Positions 1 to 11,572 of a stretch of DNA of 37,964 nt are shown here, piece after piece (within the stretch, counting starts at the first letter, position 1; each line of letters opens with the position of its first letter). The stretch is taken from contig NC_068994.1 of NCBI RefSeq assembly GCF_001194135.2, positions 59,131,582 to 59,169,545 of the forward strand. Direction: 5' to 3'. The notes under the pieces are model-generated. The model made no database searches, had not been told where the DNA came from, and saw only the letters and a list, made by a program, of their open reading frames with translations. Origin of the DNA: Octopus bimaculoides. Taxonomy: Eukaryota. The position numbers and the translations under genes are program-made.

Positions 1-80
1 AGGTGCCACGCAGTGGGACTGAACCCAGAACCATGTGTTTGAGAAGCAAACATCTTACTACATAGCCACACCTGCGCCTG
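1..80 (-). mobile_element. tRNA-derived SINE, 5' head (continues off the window edge)
   Basis: Reverse complement reads caggcgcaggtgTGGCTATGTAGTaag...GGTTCAGTCCCactgcgtggcacct (A-box/B-box-like). Near-identical heads occur at ~8450-8523, ~9540-9615 and ~16203-16290. Confidence 0.8.
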
Positions 81-84
81 TATT

Positions 85-86
<2 letters not shown>

Positions 87-123
<37 letters not shown>

Positions 124-237
124 AATAATAATCTGCATAATTTAAGGGTTGAGACATTCGTGTATTGGAATTTATCACAGTTTGGTAACACACACACACA
201 CGCACGCACGCACACACGCACGCACGCACGCACACAC

Positions 238-270
<33 letters not shown>
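87..270. repeat. (GT)n and (CA/CACG)n microsatellites
   Basis: Direct inspection; these explain the CVCV/HTHT ORFs. Confidence 0.95.
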
Positions 271-272
<2 letters not shown>

Positions 273-294
273 TGGTTGCACATGCAGTAGGTGC

Positions 295-1515
295 AAGCAC
301 CAGAGTTACACTAAAAGGCCACATGTTTAAGATATATACCCAAGAAGGTGCAGCCATCAGTCAGTATCGCTGGTGATGTGGCTAACCTATTTATGGTGGG
401 ATATGAAACTCAAAGAGAAATTAGCGGAGGACTCCATAACCCTAACTGTGTAGTTCTGCTGTGTGGATGATATCAACACAGGGGCAAAGTCACCCTCACA
501 AGACAGTGTCTATGAACTAGAAGCTAGCACTAGGGAGAGCATCCAGCCCATAGCTAACTCCATCCACCAGAGTATTAAAGTAACAATAGACTACCCTAGC
601 AAGCACCCTAACTGTAGGCTACCAGTCTCAGATAAAGAACTTTGGCTGGAAACTAAGAATAATAAGGTTCAGACCCTTCATTCCCTCTATGCTAAACCCA
701 TGTCCTCTAAATACCTTCTCCACAAGAATGCAGTTATTGCAGACAATGCCAAGTTGAATATCTTATTAGCAGACCTGATAAAAGTGATGAGAAATGTGCT
801 GCACATGTGCGACCCAATGGAATTAGAAAGATACCTACAGCGCTTCACTCACCGCATGTAGTTCTCTGGTTACAGCCAAAGAGACAGAATCAGAATGTGG
901 AAAAGAGCCAGGACTAAGTACAAGACCATCATAGAGAATGATACAGATGAGATCTGTCTGCTGTATGGGAGTAAATCCTGGAATAGAAAGGACCAAGAAG
1001 GCAGATGCAGCAAACTCATGGTATGACAATCAAAAATACCAGAGTGTCATGTTCGTTGATGCTACCCTGGCAGAGGAAAGCCCTACCCGAGTAGAAAGGC
1101 CAGGAACCCCCATAAAATCCCTGATTTGTAGAACATCTCCATTTGAAAGCCCTCCCCCCCTCTATGTATAGTATGTAGAATGAACCCACAGATTAACTGT
1201 AAGATTAGGAATTAATCTATAGCATATGGTGTATTGAGGATCAGTGCAGAAACAGGACAACAGCATACATTGAGGAGAAAGCACATAGCATAAGGAATTG
1301 GATAGGTGAACACTGGAGCACAAGGAGGAGAAAAGCTCATCAGTGTTCTATCAACATGCTCAATTAGAACATAGGGGCTCAGTTCATAATATAAATGTTA
1401 AGATGCTATCAACACATAGAACAGACACAATACTTAGATTACAGAGGCCACACACAGTAATTGACAACCCAAACCTCAACAGAAAACTTGAATGGAACAA
1501 TAACACCCCTTCACC
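295..1515 (+). mobile_element. Decayed Penelope-like element: RT C-terminal half plus GIY-YIG endonuclease
   Basis: Frameshifted RT motifs GAAI..SIAGDVANLFM (~345-395) and VDDI (463-474). Thumb region TIDYPSKHPNCRLPV...YAKPMSSKYLLH...FSGY. GIY-YIG-like LIYSIWC...AYIEE...R..IGEH (1212-1315), then FYQHAQLEH...NPNLNRKLEW. Multiple stops and frameshifts. Confidence 0.85.
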
Positions 1516-1754
1516 ATACTATGCAATATGATGACAAAAGACAGAATGAGAGAAGGCAAAAAAAGACACAGATACAAACAATATAATACATAAACCCATA
1601 TACACACACACAAGACACACACATACTTAAGACGGAATGATAAAAAAAAAATAAGTAAATAAACTAATAAAAAAAATAAGACATGGGTACAAGCAGTATA
1701 GTAAGCAAACCCACATACATGCACACAAAACACAGTTTTAGTTTGCAAGAGAGT

Positions 1755-1975
1755 GTGTCAGAAAATTGTGACATTGCAGGAGAGAAGTGTGCTCACATGG
1801 ATGATGGCTTACTTACAGTTAGTGATTTTGTAAAGAAGAAGGCTTGGAAGTACTATTATGAAAAGTTGCTAAATGCAGAGAATGCTTGGAAGAAAGAGAG
1901 CCTGTCTAATGTGGACCCAGCAGAAGGGCCAGCTATCTGAATTGACAGTAGCTTAGTAAATGAAGAAAGGGAGAT
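1755..1975 (+). mobile_element. RTE-clade LINE ORF fragment (region just upstream of RT)
   Basis: GEKCAHMDDGLLTVSDFVKKKAWKYYYEKLLNAENAWKKESLSNVDPAEGPAI*IDSSLV matches the RTE W..YYE.LLN.EN.W...VEGP pattern. Confidence 0.7.
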
Positions 1976-2321
1976 GCACTACATCTATCTCTCAACCCTA
2001 CCAATCCTGACAGTCATCACCTACTCTTCCTTCAAATATATATTCATCATTTATCAGCACTTCTTCATTTATTATATTCACTCTTCACACATTCTTCATC
2101 TCTAACCATCTCCCATTCTCCTCATACCTCTACCCACTCTTACTTCCTATTTTACTGTTCTCTTCAGCTTATCAAACTTTGATATAGGAACAATTTACAA
2201 CCTTCTACGTCAATAAACCATTATTCCTCCTGAAAGTTGTTTTTTTTATACCTTTTACGGACAGATTGAAACTTACTAACTTCCTACAATTGGACCCTTG
2301 GATCTACCTTTGCATATTATA

Positions 2322-2456
<135 letters not shown>

Positions 2457-2947
2457 AACAAATAATGAGAGAGACACTGACAGAGAAACATTAAATAACT
2501 CCAACTGCCACAAACACATTTTTTCTCCACATATGTATAAAGAAAACACACACATACATATGCAAATAGTGTGTGTGTGAGAGAGAGAGAGAGAGAGAAG
2601 GAGAGGGAGAGGGAAAGAAGAACTGACGAACAGAGAATATAATCAGTGGAATAGTTAAAATAGAGTTATCTCCCATCACACGATGTGTCGTGGAAGTTTA
2701 TTATTAATAATAAAATATTCTATAATTTCACTCATTTTCCGAAAAGATAACTTTATTCAGTTCTTCATTTGGTAACTATGAGCAATATTCCTTAGGCATT
2801 CGACAACATCCATGTTTGCGAAATTTGTAACAATCGTATATATTCTTGTCTGCATCTCTAAACTTTAAAAATTTTGGTGGTGGGTCATATCCGACTATTT
2901 TACGTAGCCCAACTGTTAATGTCCACATTGTAGGATATTACAAACTA

Positions 2948-3105
2948 CCGTATTTTAACGTGCATAAGGAAACCCCTAATTTTGGGGTCTTAAAATTTGG
3001 AAAAATGGTTTTGTAAGGGATTATAATACTATCCGTGTATAAGAAACTCTCATTCTTTTAACCTAATTTTTGACAAAAAAAAGGGGTAAAAACAGTAAAA
3101 TACGG
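2948..3105. mobile_element. Tc1/mariner-superfamily (Tc2/pogo-like) MITE, 158 bp
   Basis: TA|CCGTATTTTA ... TAAAATACGG|TA terminal inverted repeats with TA on both flanks (2946-47, 3106-07); subterminal ACCCCT/AGGGGT also inverted. Confidence 0.7.
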
Positions 3106-3512
3106 TAAGTTCGTATTTTAATTGACGATGGACTGCCTGTGGATAGTTGTTTAAATTTCTTTGTGGTCAGTTGAGAACTTCGCAGAGTGAATGTAACTTA
3201 AGTGTGATGGGAAATAATGGGTTTCAAGGAATAACCTCCCTTGGATTTAATTTCCGTTCCTAAGTCTAAACCGAATCAATTCCTTGATTCTTGAGTTTGA
3301 TAAAAAAAAAAAAAAAAGAAAAGGAAAGATAAAAGCAAAAGAAAGTTATTTGTCTACGAGACACAGCAGAAATCGATCTCTGTGCGATTTACTTTGAATT
3401 TCAAGTGTTCAGAAAAATTTCATATTACATTCTGACGAAGAACATCGAGATCAGAAAATTAGAAGAAAGTTAAAATTTACAACAGAACTAATTTATTAGC
3501 GCCAGGAAGAAT

Positions 3513-3945
3513 CATCATCAACATCATCGTCATCGTCATCGTCATCACCATCATCATCATCATCATTCTCATCATTCTCATCATTATCATCGTTGTCATC
3601 ACTATCATTACCCTCGTCATCATCATCGTCGTCATCATCATCATCGTCATCATCATCATCATCGTCATCATCATCATCATCATCATCTGACATGGGTTGA
3701 ATGGTTTGACAGGGGCTGGCCAGCCGAAGAGTTGCACCAGGCTCCAGTCGAATGTTTTGGCATGGTTTTCTATGGCTGAATGCCCTTCCTAATGCCAACC
3801 ACTTTACAGAGTGTATTGGGTGCTTCTTACGAGGCACCAGCACCAGTGCTTTTTATGTGGCACCATCATCACCATCGCCATCATCATTTAGCGTCCATTT
3901 ACCATGCTGGCATGGGTTAGATGGTTTGACTGGAACTGGTAAGCT
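3513..3945 (-). mobile_element. Two RTE-LINE 3' tail copies with long (GAT)n tails
   Basis: (CAT)n tract 3513-3687 then catgggttgaatggtttgac...gctgaatgcccttcctaatgccaaccac; second truncated copy ~3862-3945. Same family as 8855-9330 and 23425-23645. Confidence 0.75.
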
Positions 3946-5037
3946 AATTGAGAGAAATTGAACAACCTAGAAAATTAATACTATTTGCTTCAGAACCAAG
4001 CAGAACACTGAAAGAATGGTACGGGGGATGGGGATGAGGTGGGGGTGGGGCGTGATGAGAGACAATAAATGTAAGTACAATGATACCTCACAGTACGAGG
4101 TAACCGCCCCCCCCCCAAACAACCAAAAAATAATTTCTTATGGGTTTTAAAACAGAAAAGGTGTAGTTACAAGTAAAATGACAATTATGAAAAAGAGAAA
4201 GCAAAAGAAAAATATGTAAACTAGTTTTATTAACTGAATTACCTTAAAGATAGGACGATTTGTGTGCTCGTGCTATGGATTTCTGCTTGTACTTCAAGAC
4301 AAAAATCCACAGGAGTGTCAGCTTGTACAGCATATTACTTGTACAATGGGGCACTCATATTGCAAGGTTCTACTGTATAAGGCGAGCAGAAGAGAAGTAA
4401 AGAGGAAAAAGGAAGAGAAGGGCTAAAGAGATGAGAAGGAAAGAAAGGAAGGAAAAGAATAACTAGAAGAGGGGGAGGCATTCGAGAGAAGGAGGGACAG
4501 AGGATGGCTGAAGGTTAGGAAGGGACAGTCATACAAACATCAGTGTTTGTAATTGGGTCACATTACACACAAAAACATCTGCCTCATCTGCTGGTCAGAT
4601 CCTATCTAGATATTGTGTTTAGATTTGATATAGGTCATTTACTCTGATGGTCAACTTAAATCATTAACATTTGGTCATTTGAACCATCCCACATGGGGAG
4701 TGAATTATATTGGAAAAAAATATGAATGAAGAATCAGCAGTAATCATGTTATGATGGGAAGGAAGAGAAAGGTTTGGGAAGAGAAGACATTAAATAGAGG
4801 GGGCGGGGAGAAATGTGCGGCCGAAGGAAAAAATAAAAATAAAATAGAGTTATTTTCAAAACCAAATAAAATAAAACCAAATTGAAGGCCAAATGTAATT
4901 TTAAAAAATATATATATATATATATATATTTCCTTCCTCGGCTTTCGCCAAGTAACACACGCTACCACTTTGTCTCTCTCGGTTCCGTGCCTCATCGCGT
5001 TCATACACACATAATTTTTCTCGTCTGGCCGTAAAGC

Positions 5038-5268
5038 NNNNNNNNNNNNNNNNNNNNNNNNNNNNNNNNNNNNNNNNNNNNNNNNNNNNNNNNNNNNNNN
5101 NNNNNNNNNNNNNNNNNNNNNNNNNNNNNNNNNNNNNNNNNNNNNNNNNNNNNNNNNNNNNNNNNNNNNNNNNNNNNNNNNNNNNNNNNNNNNNNNNNNN
5201 NNNNNNNNNNNNNNNNNNNNNNNNNNNNNNNNNNNNNNNNNNNNNNNNNNNNNNNNNNNNNNNNNNNN
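5038..5268. other. Assembly gap
   Basis: Run of N. Confidence 1.
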
Positions 5269-5399
5269 TCTATGTGGCTCGTGTGTTCTCGTCTACGTTT
5301 GTTTGCAATGTCCTGTACCCAGATATGCACCTATACATACAGGTGGATGTCGGTATGCACATACCTGTACGTATATATGCATATACTCATTTACTTTTG

Positions 5400-5456
<57 letters not shown>

Positions 5457-6109
5457 TTTAATTTCAGTTTTGAACCTATTAACTTACTTATAACCTACTT
5501 ATAGAATCTTACTCTTTCAATCACTGATGCATTAAGACAACAAGCTAGTGTCTACAGGCTCACTTGATTTGCTAGAAAGAGCATCCAAATGACCTTCTAA
5601 TTGTGCTCTATTATCTTAAAAACAAAGCCAAAAAGAGAAGAGAAATTGGATAATGTAATTCTAGATATGCTGTGTGAGAGAAAATATGGGATGGTCATGG
5701 CCTGAATGATCTCAGTTACAGATCTGCTTGATTAAGGTTGATGAACAGAGGTTAAATAACAAAACACATTGGCATAAATACTTGATGTGCATTTCAAACT
5801 AAGTCTTTGACATTCCTTCGATATCTCCTCCAATGTGATTCAGGTAGTTATTCAAACATGTCAACACCTGCTCTCGTTATCTGTTCTCTTATGAAAGAAA
5901 CAAAGCAATGGCTGCTAACTGGTTGCACATCCAGTGGAAATAACAGCCAAGTTTTTCACTTCACAGCTTGTCTAAAGAATGGCAACATTAGATAATAAAA
6001 CGATGGATTGGTCATAGGTGGAAAGCCTTTAATGATTAACTGGCTCATTTCTTCGGTTCTTTTCCCCATCTTTTTTGCTTTTTGTTTTTTTGAGGCAGGG
6101 GTATGATTT

Positions 6110-6260
6110 TAATCATCATTGTTTTTAAATTGGTTTTCTTTGCTGGCATGGAATGAAAAGTTTATGGGGGGTCAGTACTCCAGTTCCTGTTTCAATATGG
6201 TTTCTACAGCTGGCTGTCCTCCCTAATGCCAACTGGGTGCTTTTTTTTTTGTTGCACAAG
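6110..6260 (-). mobile_element. Degenerate RTE-LINE 3' tail copy
   Basis: tttctacagctggctgtcctccctaatgccaac...gggtgctttt matches the other copies. Confidence 0.55.
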
Positions 6261-6675
6261 CCCTGGTGAGGTCACCATGCAAGCATGCAAGACCGAGATC
6301 CCTTTCAACTGAGTGGGGTAAGCAGAGTGGGAGGGGACTTTATGCTAGAATATGAGAGGCTAAGGTATGAAGGAAGGGACCAGAACAGAACATGTTGCTT
6401 GCTGAAGAGCATGTATGGGGTGTAGATTATGTATGGGGTGTATATTTATTAAAATCCAATTAACATTCACCTTGGATTATCCACACTTTAATTTAATTTA
6501 ATGGAATTGTAATTGTTGGTACGGAACATGCATTGAAGCCTGAAACACTTTATGTGGTACCGACAGATTCTGCTGCATTGTTTGCCTTTACGTATTGGTT
6601 CTTTGTCTTTGTAAAGTGTATCTCTGAAAGTCTTAGTGAATTAGGTTTCACCAGAAAAATAAAACAGACATATTA

Positions 6676-6731
<56 letters not shown>
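6676..6731. repeat. (GAT)n microsatellite
   Basis: Direct inspection. Confidence 0.95.
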
Positions 6732-7394
6732 AAAGCCACCACTAATGGCAGTATTTATTGCCTGGGTCTCAATGGCTGCAATTCAGTTTGTTTGAAATTG
6801 TTAGACAATATATTCATTAAATAAGACTCATAAATTAAAAAGTAATAAAACCGTTTTGATATTTTATGGAACTGAGAACTGATAAATTCAGGTTGTAAAC
6901 TATCGGTTAATTTTTATCTTCTCCAAAAGTACAGAAAATACCTGTCACAGGATATGAACAGTTATTAATCACCACTTAATCACTAATACCTCATCTTTGA
7001 CAGGTTATTATCAATCACCTTTACTCCTTCCATATCTCCTTCCTTTCTCGACTCAATCAATATATTTTCTTGTTTCTAGCGCCACTTCCTTATCTCTGCA
7101 TCAAGCATTATACAAATAGAATTTATTGAATATGTCATCACCAACCAATTTAAACAACCCAAGTTTACGTTCTGGTCAAAACTCACCATAAGTAGTTGAT
7201 TTTCAAATAAAACATGTTTTTTTTTCTTTCTTTTCTCTTCAATATTTGTTTTGTTCCGTATCAGAACAGCCATGCTGTGTGTTTATTTAACTTGTCCTGA
7301 CAGCCATTTTATGTCTTGGTGACACACCCACATTATGTCTGTGTTACACCTTTTTTTTTATGGTCAATATAGTAAGAAAGGACAAAGCTGCAAA

Positions 7395-7567
7395 GGATTA
7401 GAATCATTCGTATGCCACCAGACAAAATACTTGACAACATTTCATCCATTTTATGTTCTGAGTTCAAATTCTGCTGAGGTTGACTTCACTTTTCATCCTT
7501 TTGGGGTCAATAATATAAGTACAGGTTGGACACTGGGGGTCAATGTAACTGACCAGTCCCCTCTCCT
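7395..7567 (+). mobile_element. SINE-like repeat, second family
   Basis: gttctgagttcaaattctgctgaggttgacttc...ttcatccttttggggtcaataatataagtac; the reverse-complement relative is at 24860-25070. Confidence 0.7.
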
Positions 7568-7597
7568 TTAAAATATGAAATCAATGTTTATTGCTTC

Positions 7598-8035
7598 CAA
7601 GCATCTGCCACATACAAAGTCTCCTTTCTTTGTTAACCTTGTGGCCCCTACAGCATTTTTTGCATCTCTATAGTTTGTGTTGGGTCAGCCGTACAGAATT
7701 TCTAACTATTCATTTTCTACGTATCAAGCAAGGCCCCCTTCTTTGATGATTGAAAATTCCTATCTGTAACTCTGAGCCCCTTTCATTCCCCTTTGATTTC
7801 CCTTCTACCCACTGAAATTTCTTTTCTAATTCTATTCTCAGATCCAGCCACAACAATAACAAGGTCTTCAGCACAAACGAGTCCTCGTGGGCACCTAACC
7901 CTTAAACCCTCTCTTACAGCATGGAGTAGTATGACGAGTGAAAGGGGACAGAGAACCAAGCCTTGATGAACTCCTACCTGCACACTAACCTCATTGCCAT
8001 ACTCGTCATTAGCTCTCACCTTACTCATGGCATCT
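7598..8035 (-). mobile_element. RTE-clade LINE reverse transcriptase fragment (pseudogenised)
   Basis: KVRANDEYGNEVSVQVGVHQGLVLCPL...CPRGLVCAEDLVIV corresponds to VGVHQGSVLSPLLF...CPWELLYADDLV (YADD decayed to CAED). A decayed Cys-rich segment follows (PCLIRRK..RNSV...DFVCGRC). Confidence 0.85.
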
Positions 8036-8139
8036 TCTCTCGTCTTTACTCTTCAATTAATTAAGCTGAAACTCTTTCCATAACTCTCATTAACCAGTCT
8101 AACAGTTTGACATAGCTTTCATCCGTTACTTGTTTCACT

Positions 8140-8523
8140 CATTAGATTGTGGCCATGCTGGGGTACTGCCTTGAAGAATTTTAGTCAAATCAATCAAACT
8201 CAGTACTTTTTTTTTAAAGTCGGGTACATATTTTATCAGCCTCTTTTGCCAAACTGCTGAGTTATGGGGACGTAAACACACCAATGCTGATTGTCAAGCA
8301 GTGGCAGGAGAGAAACACACACACACACACACACACATACACACATACATGTAAGTATGCAATGGGCTTCTTTCAGTTTTTGTCTACTAAATCCACTCAC
8401 GTGGCTTCGGTCAGCCCAGGGCTGTTGAAGAAGACACTTGCCCCAGGTGCCACACAATAGGACTGAACCCAAAACCATGTGGTTGGGAAGCAAACTTCTC
8501 ATCATACAACTTCACCTGCACCC
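8140..8523 (-). mobile_element. Near full-length tRNA-derived SINE with internal (TG)n
   Basis: A/B-box head at ~8450-8523, body with gacgtaaacacacca, internal CA repeat; forward-orientation relative at 33905-34200. Confidence 0.8.
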
Positions 8524-8854
8524 ATATATTTATATACATGATTATGGCTTTTCATTGTCCACTTTTCTATGTTTACAAAAGTCTGAGAGAATTCGTTGAG
8601 GCATTTCTTCTACAGCCTGATGCCATCCCAGCTAATATCTTCAATTGAATCTCCTACAAGTTAACATGGGATCTCTTGATGACAATGTAACTTCATTTGA
8701 TTAAGGTATCTTTGGCCTGAAGAGTAGCTGGTGGAGAATCCCTTGTCTGGATAATTACTACTTCTGAGGTTCTGCTAGCTATGGAACATATGTGGCTTGG
8801 ATTTTATCTACATCATTCCCTAATTTTAGATTTATATATATAGATACATGCATA

Positions 8855-9328
8855 TTATCGTCATCATCATCATCATCATCGTTTAACATCTATTTTCCAT
8901 GCTAGCATGGGTTTGACTGGGGACTGCCAAGCCAGGAGGCTGCACCAGGCTCCAACCTGATCTGGCAGAGTTTCTACAGCTGGATGCTCTTCCTAACGCC
9001 AACCACTCCAAGAGTGTAGTGGGTGATTTTTACATGTCACTGGCACGAGGGCCAGTCAGGCGGCACTGGCATTGGCCACAACTACAATTTCCATTTTGAT
9101 TTTGATCTTGATTTGATTTTGATTTCTGATTTCACTTGGCTCAAAAGCTCTTCTCAAGTGCAGCATATCACCCAATGAGTCAAGGATACTTTTAAAATGA
9201 GCTGGTTATGTGACACTGGTATAGGCTACGGCTGTGATCTCACTTTATTTGCCAGGTCTCCTCAATCACAGCATATCTCTCCAGAGGTGTCAGTCTCTTG
9301 TCATTGCCTCTGTGAGGCCCAACATTCG

Positions 9329-9330
<2 letters not shown>
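8855..9330 (-). mobile_element. RTE-LINE 3' end (ORF C-terminus, 3' UTR, (GAT)n tail)
   Basis: Minus strand encodes RMLGLTEAMTRD*HLWR (RTE ORF end), then the UTR motif ttaggaagagcatccagctgtagaaac and a GAT tail. This ties the (GAT)n-tailed repeat family to an RTE LINE. Confidence 0.75.
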
Positions 9331-9370
<40 letters not shown>

Positions 9371-9464
9371 GCAATATACTACACTTTATCGTGCAGTTAC
9401 TGTTAATACTATATATATATGTATATGTATGTATGTATATATTTATATGTATATATGTAGCTAT

Positions 9465-9615
9465 GACAGGCTTCTTTTAGTTTCCAGTTACCAAACCCAC
9501 TCATAAGACTTGGTTGGCCTGGGGCTAAAGTCGAGGAAGTTGCTCAAGGTGCCACACTGTGGAATTGAACCTGAACCATGTGGCAGGGAAGGAAACTTTT
9601 TGACCACACAGCTAT
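9465..9615 (-). mobile_element. tRNA-derived SINE, 5' portion
   Basis: aaggtgccacactgtggaattgaacctgaaccatgtgg; same head as 1-80. Confidence 0.75.
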
Positions 9616-9805
9616 ATGTATGGATATGCGTGTGTGTGTGTGTGTGTATGTGTGCGTATGTATATGTGTGTGTATATGTGTATACACACACACACACACG
9701 TATAAAACTATTTGCTTAGCAACAATTCAAGATTAAATAGTGATATAAATCCAGTTTTCTCAGGAGCCTGTGTGTCTTAGTATTGTTTTGGTAAATACAA
9801 ACATT

Positions 9806-9845
<40 letters not shown>
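9806..9845. repeat. (CAG)n microsatellite
   Basis: Direct inspection; no supportable coding context. Confidence 0.9.
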
Positions 9846-9846
<1 letters not shown>

Positions 9847-10011
9847 AGAGCAGGGACAGTTAATCCTGATAGGTTGACATATTGATGAGGCAGACACAGG
9901 AACAGCAGCAGCAGCAATCGTTTCTAGAAGCTGGTTTACACACCTCTGTTTGTAATTGGAGCAGGTATGAGAGACGATCAAAATGGAAATGTACAATCAA
10001 TTTATCATATG

Positions 10012-10067
<56 letters not shown>

Positions 10068-10613
10068 AAATGATAAATCTGAAAGAAAAGCACGCTCTAA
10101 GTTATAGAGCAGAAGAGTATTTAGAAAAAGATAGTTCTGGCTGATTCAATGGGTTTCTCTGGGTTTTGTGCCTATAAAGTGCTTAGCGTTACTTATAACT
10201 TGTCAGCCCCTAATGACTGGTGTCCACTGGTCATTAGGGTCTGATGTGACATATGTAAAGCTAAGCACTTTATGGGCAACCCTATGGAATTTCATTTCTC
10301 ATGACTATTTTTTCTGTGAGTTTTTTCTTAAGACTGATATGGAATTCTCTCAAACTCTAAGTTTAGCTGTTCTAACGCTGTGAACAGTACAGTTCGTTTT
10401 TGCTTAAATGTTGGTATGGCGTTTTCTTGTCTTTGAAATTGTAGCTTAGCTGGGTGGAGGTGCTTGCCTCCCCATTCTAAACATAAGGACACAGGAAATG
10501 TGTCCAGGCCGACAGGAAGCGGTGCAGCTTCCTAGGTCTAACCAACAATAGTAGTATTCCCTTCAGGGGACTGTCACATTAAGTTGACAGCATACAACTA
10601 CTTCATTGTATCA

Positions 10614-11060
10614 CTACTGCATAAATCTCTCTGAGAGATTTAGAAATGTATTATTTCTAAAAAAAGGAATTTCTTTCACTGAAAATTTTTGATAAAATAT
10701 TGTTTCATTGAAACAAATCTCACCTGGCTTCTTCAGCAGAATATAATTAGAATATTTTTCATGTTCAGCAGGGAATAACTTTCCTAAAAGTAGTTGTACT
10801 TTGCTATTTTTTCTTGTCAGACCAACTTTTACACTCTCCTTTGAAGATTTCTTCGTATCTACGAGGCAGAGAAGGTTGTACTTTCTTCTGGGTGGCATTT
10901 GAATTCTCCAATTGAGTTTGCTTCGCTGTCTGGCAAGCATGAACCTGAAGTTATATCAGACTTCTTCAACATTAATTCCAGCAACTGTTGGTTTTGTTGT
11001 TGTAGTTGGTGCTGATGCAGTTGCTGCTGTAACTGCTGTCACTGCTGTTGCAAAGGAACG
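10614..11060 (-). mobile_element. Ty3/Gypsy LTR-retrotransposon gag relic (K02A2.6-like N-terminus), frameshifted
   Basis: Across frames: QQQ*QQLQQQLHQHQLQQQNQQLLELMLKK...ANSIGEFKCHPEESTTFSA / YEEIFKGECKSWSDKK / KVQLLLGKLFPAEHEKYSNYILLKKPGEICFNETI. This matches the gag pattern NSI.EF.Y.PE....F..W..RYE.IF....KV.LLL.KL...EH..Y.NYILP. Confidence 0.75.
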
Positions 11061-11093
11061 ATTGGAACTGTAATCAACAGTGAACATTGGGTG

Positions 11094-11365
11094 TGTATTA
11101 TATGTAACTGTGTTCTGTTGTGAAAAGCAGGATACGTGAATCATATGAAGTCACATGGAAATCGTAATGCCCAGATAGGGAATGATTTTGGACACCTACC
11201 ATCTCTCACGACTTGTGTCATATGTGAAAAAACTTGTAAGACAATATCTGGACTTCAAAGACATATGCTGGTTCACAAAAACATTTTTTTCAGAATCAGA
11301 TTCCAAAGGGCAAAGATGTAGAAGAAACTTGAATAATATCTGTTGCTTGTGTTTTAAGCCTTGTA
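11094..11365 (+). mobile_element. Decayed tandem C2H2 zinc-finger cassette, probably a LINE (RTE-type) ORF C-terminus
   Basis: CIICNCVLL*KAGYVNHMKSH (11094-11156, in-frame TGA) and CVICEKTCKTISGLQRHMLVH both fit C-x2-C-x12-H-x3-H; third finger truncated (ICCLCFKPC). No TGEKP linkers. Confidence 0.65.
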
Positions 11366-11499
11366 GTACAAAACACTTATACAAGCTGCAACGTAGTGGG
11401 AGACACCTATTAGCCATTCAAAACACACAAAAGCTTGTTAAATTCACTCAAACCTTTATTATTTGGGGGTCAAATAACAAAGGTTTGAGAGAAGTCAAC

Positions 11500-11572
11500 A
11501 AGTTTTTGTGTGTTTTTGAATGATTGACATGAGCTGCCTTTGCTGTAAGTTTAGTTCCAAAATGTGCACTCA
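11500..11572 (-). mobile_element. Fourth related C2H2 finger relic, opposite strand
   Basis: With one frameshift it reads ECTF(C)GTKLTAKAAHVNHSKTH, similar to the KAGYVNHMKSH finger. Confidence 0.5.

Noticed and set aside
3430-3460. CTGACGA...GAAA as a hammerhead
   Set aside because: Only a 3-bp off-register stem II and no stem I or III.
3477-3843. Poly-Met/poly-Asp ORFs
   Set aside because: Translations of the (GAT)n LINE tail.
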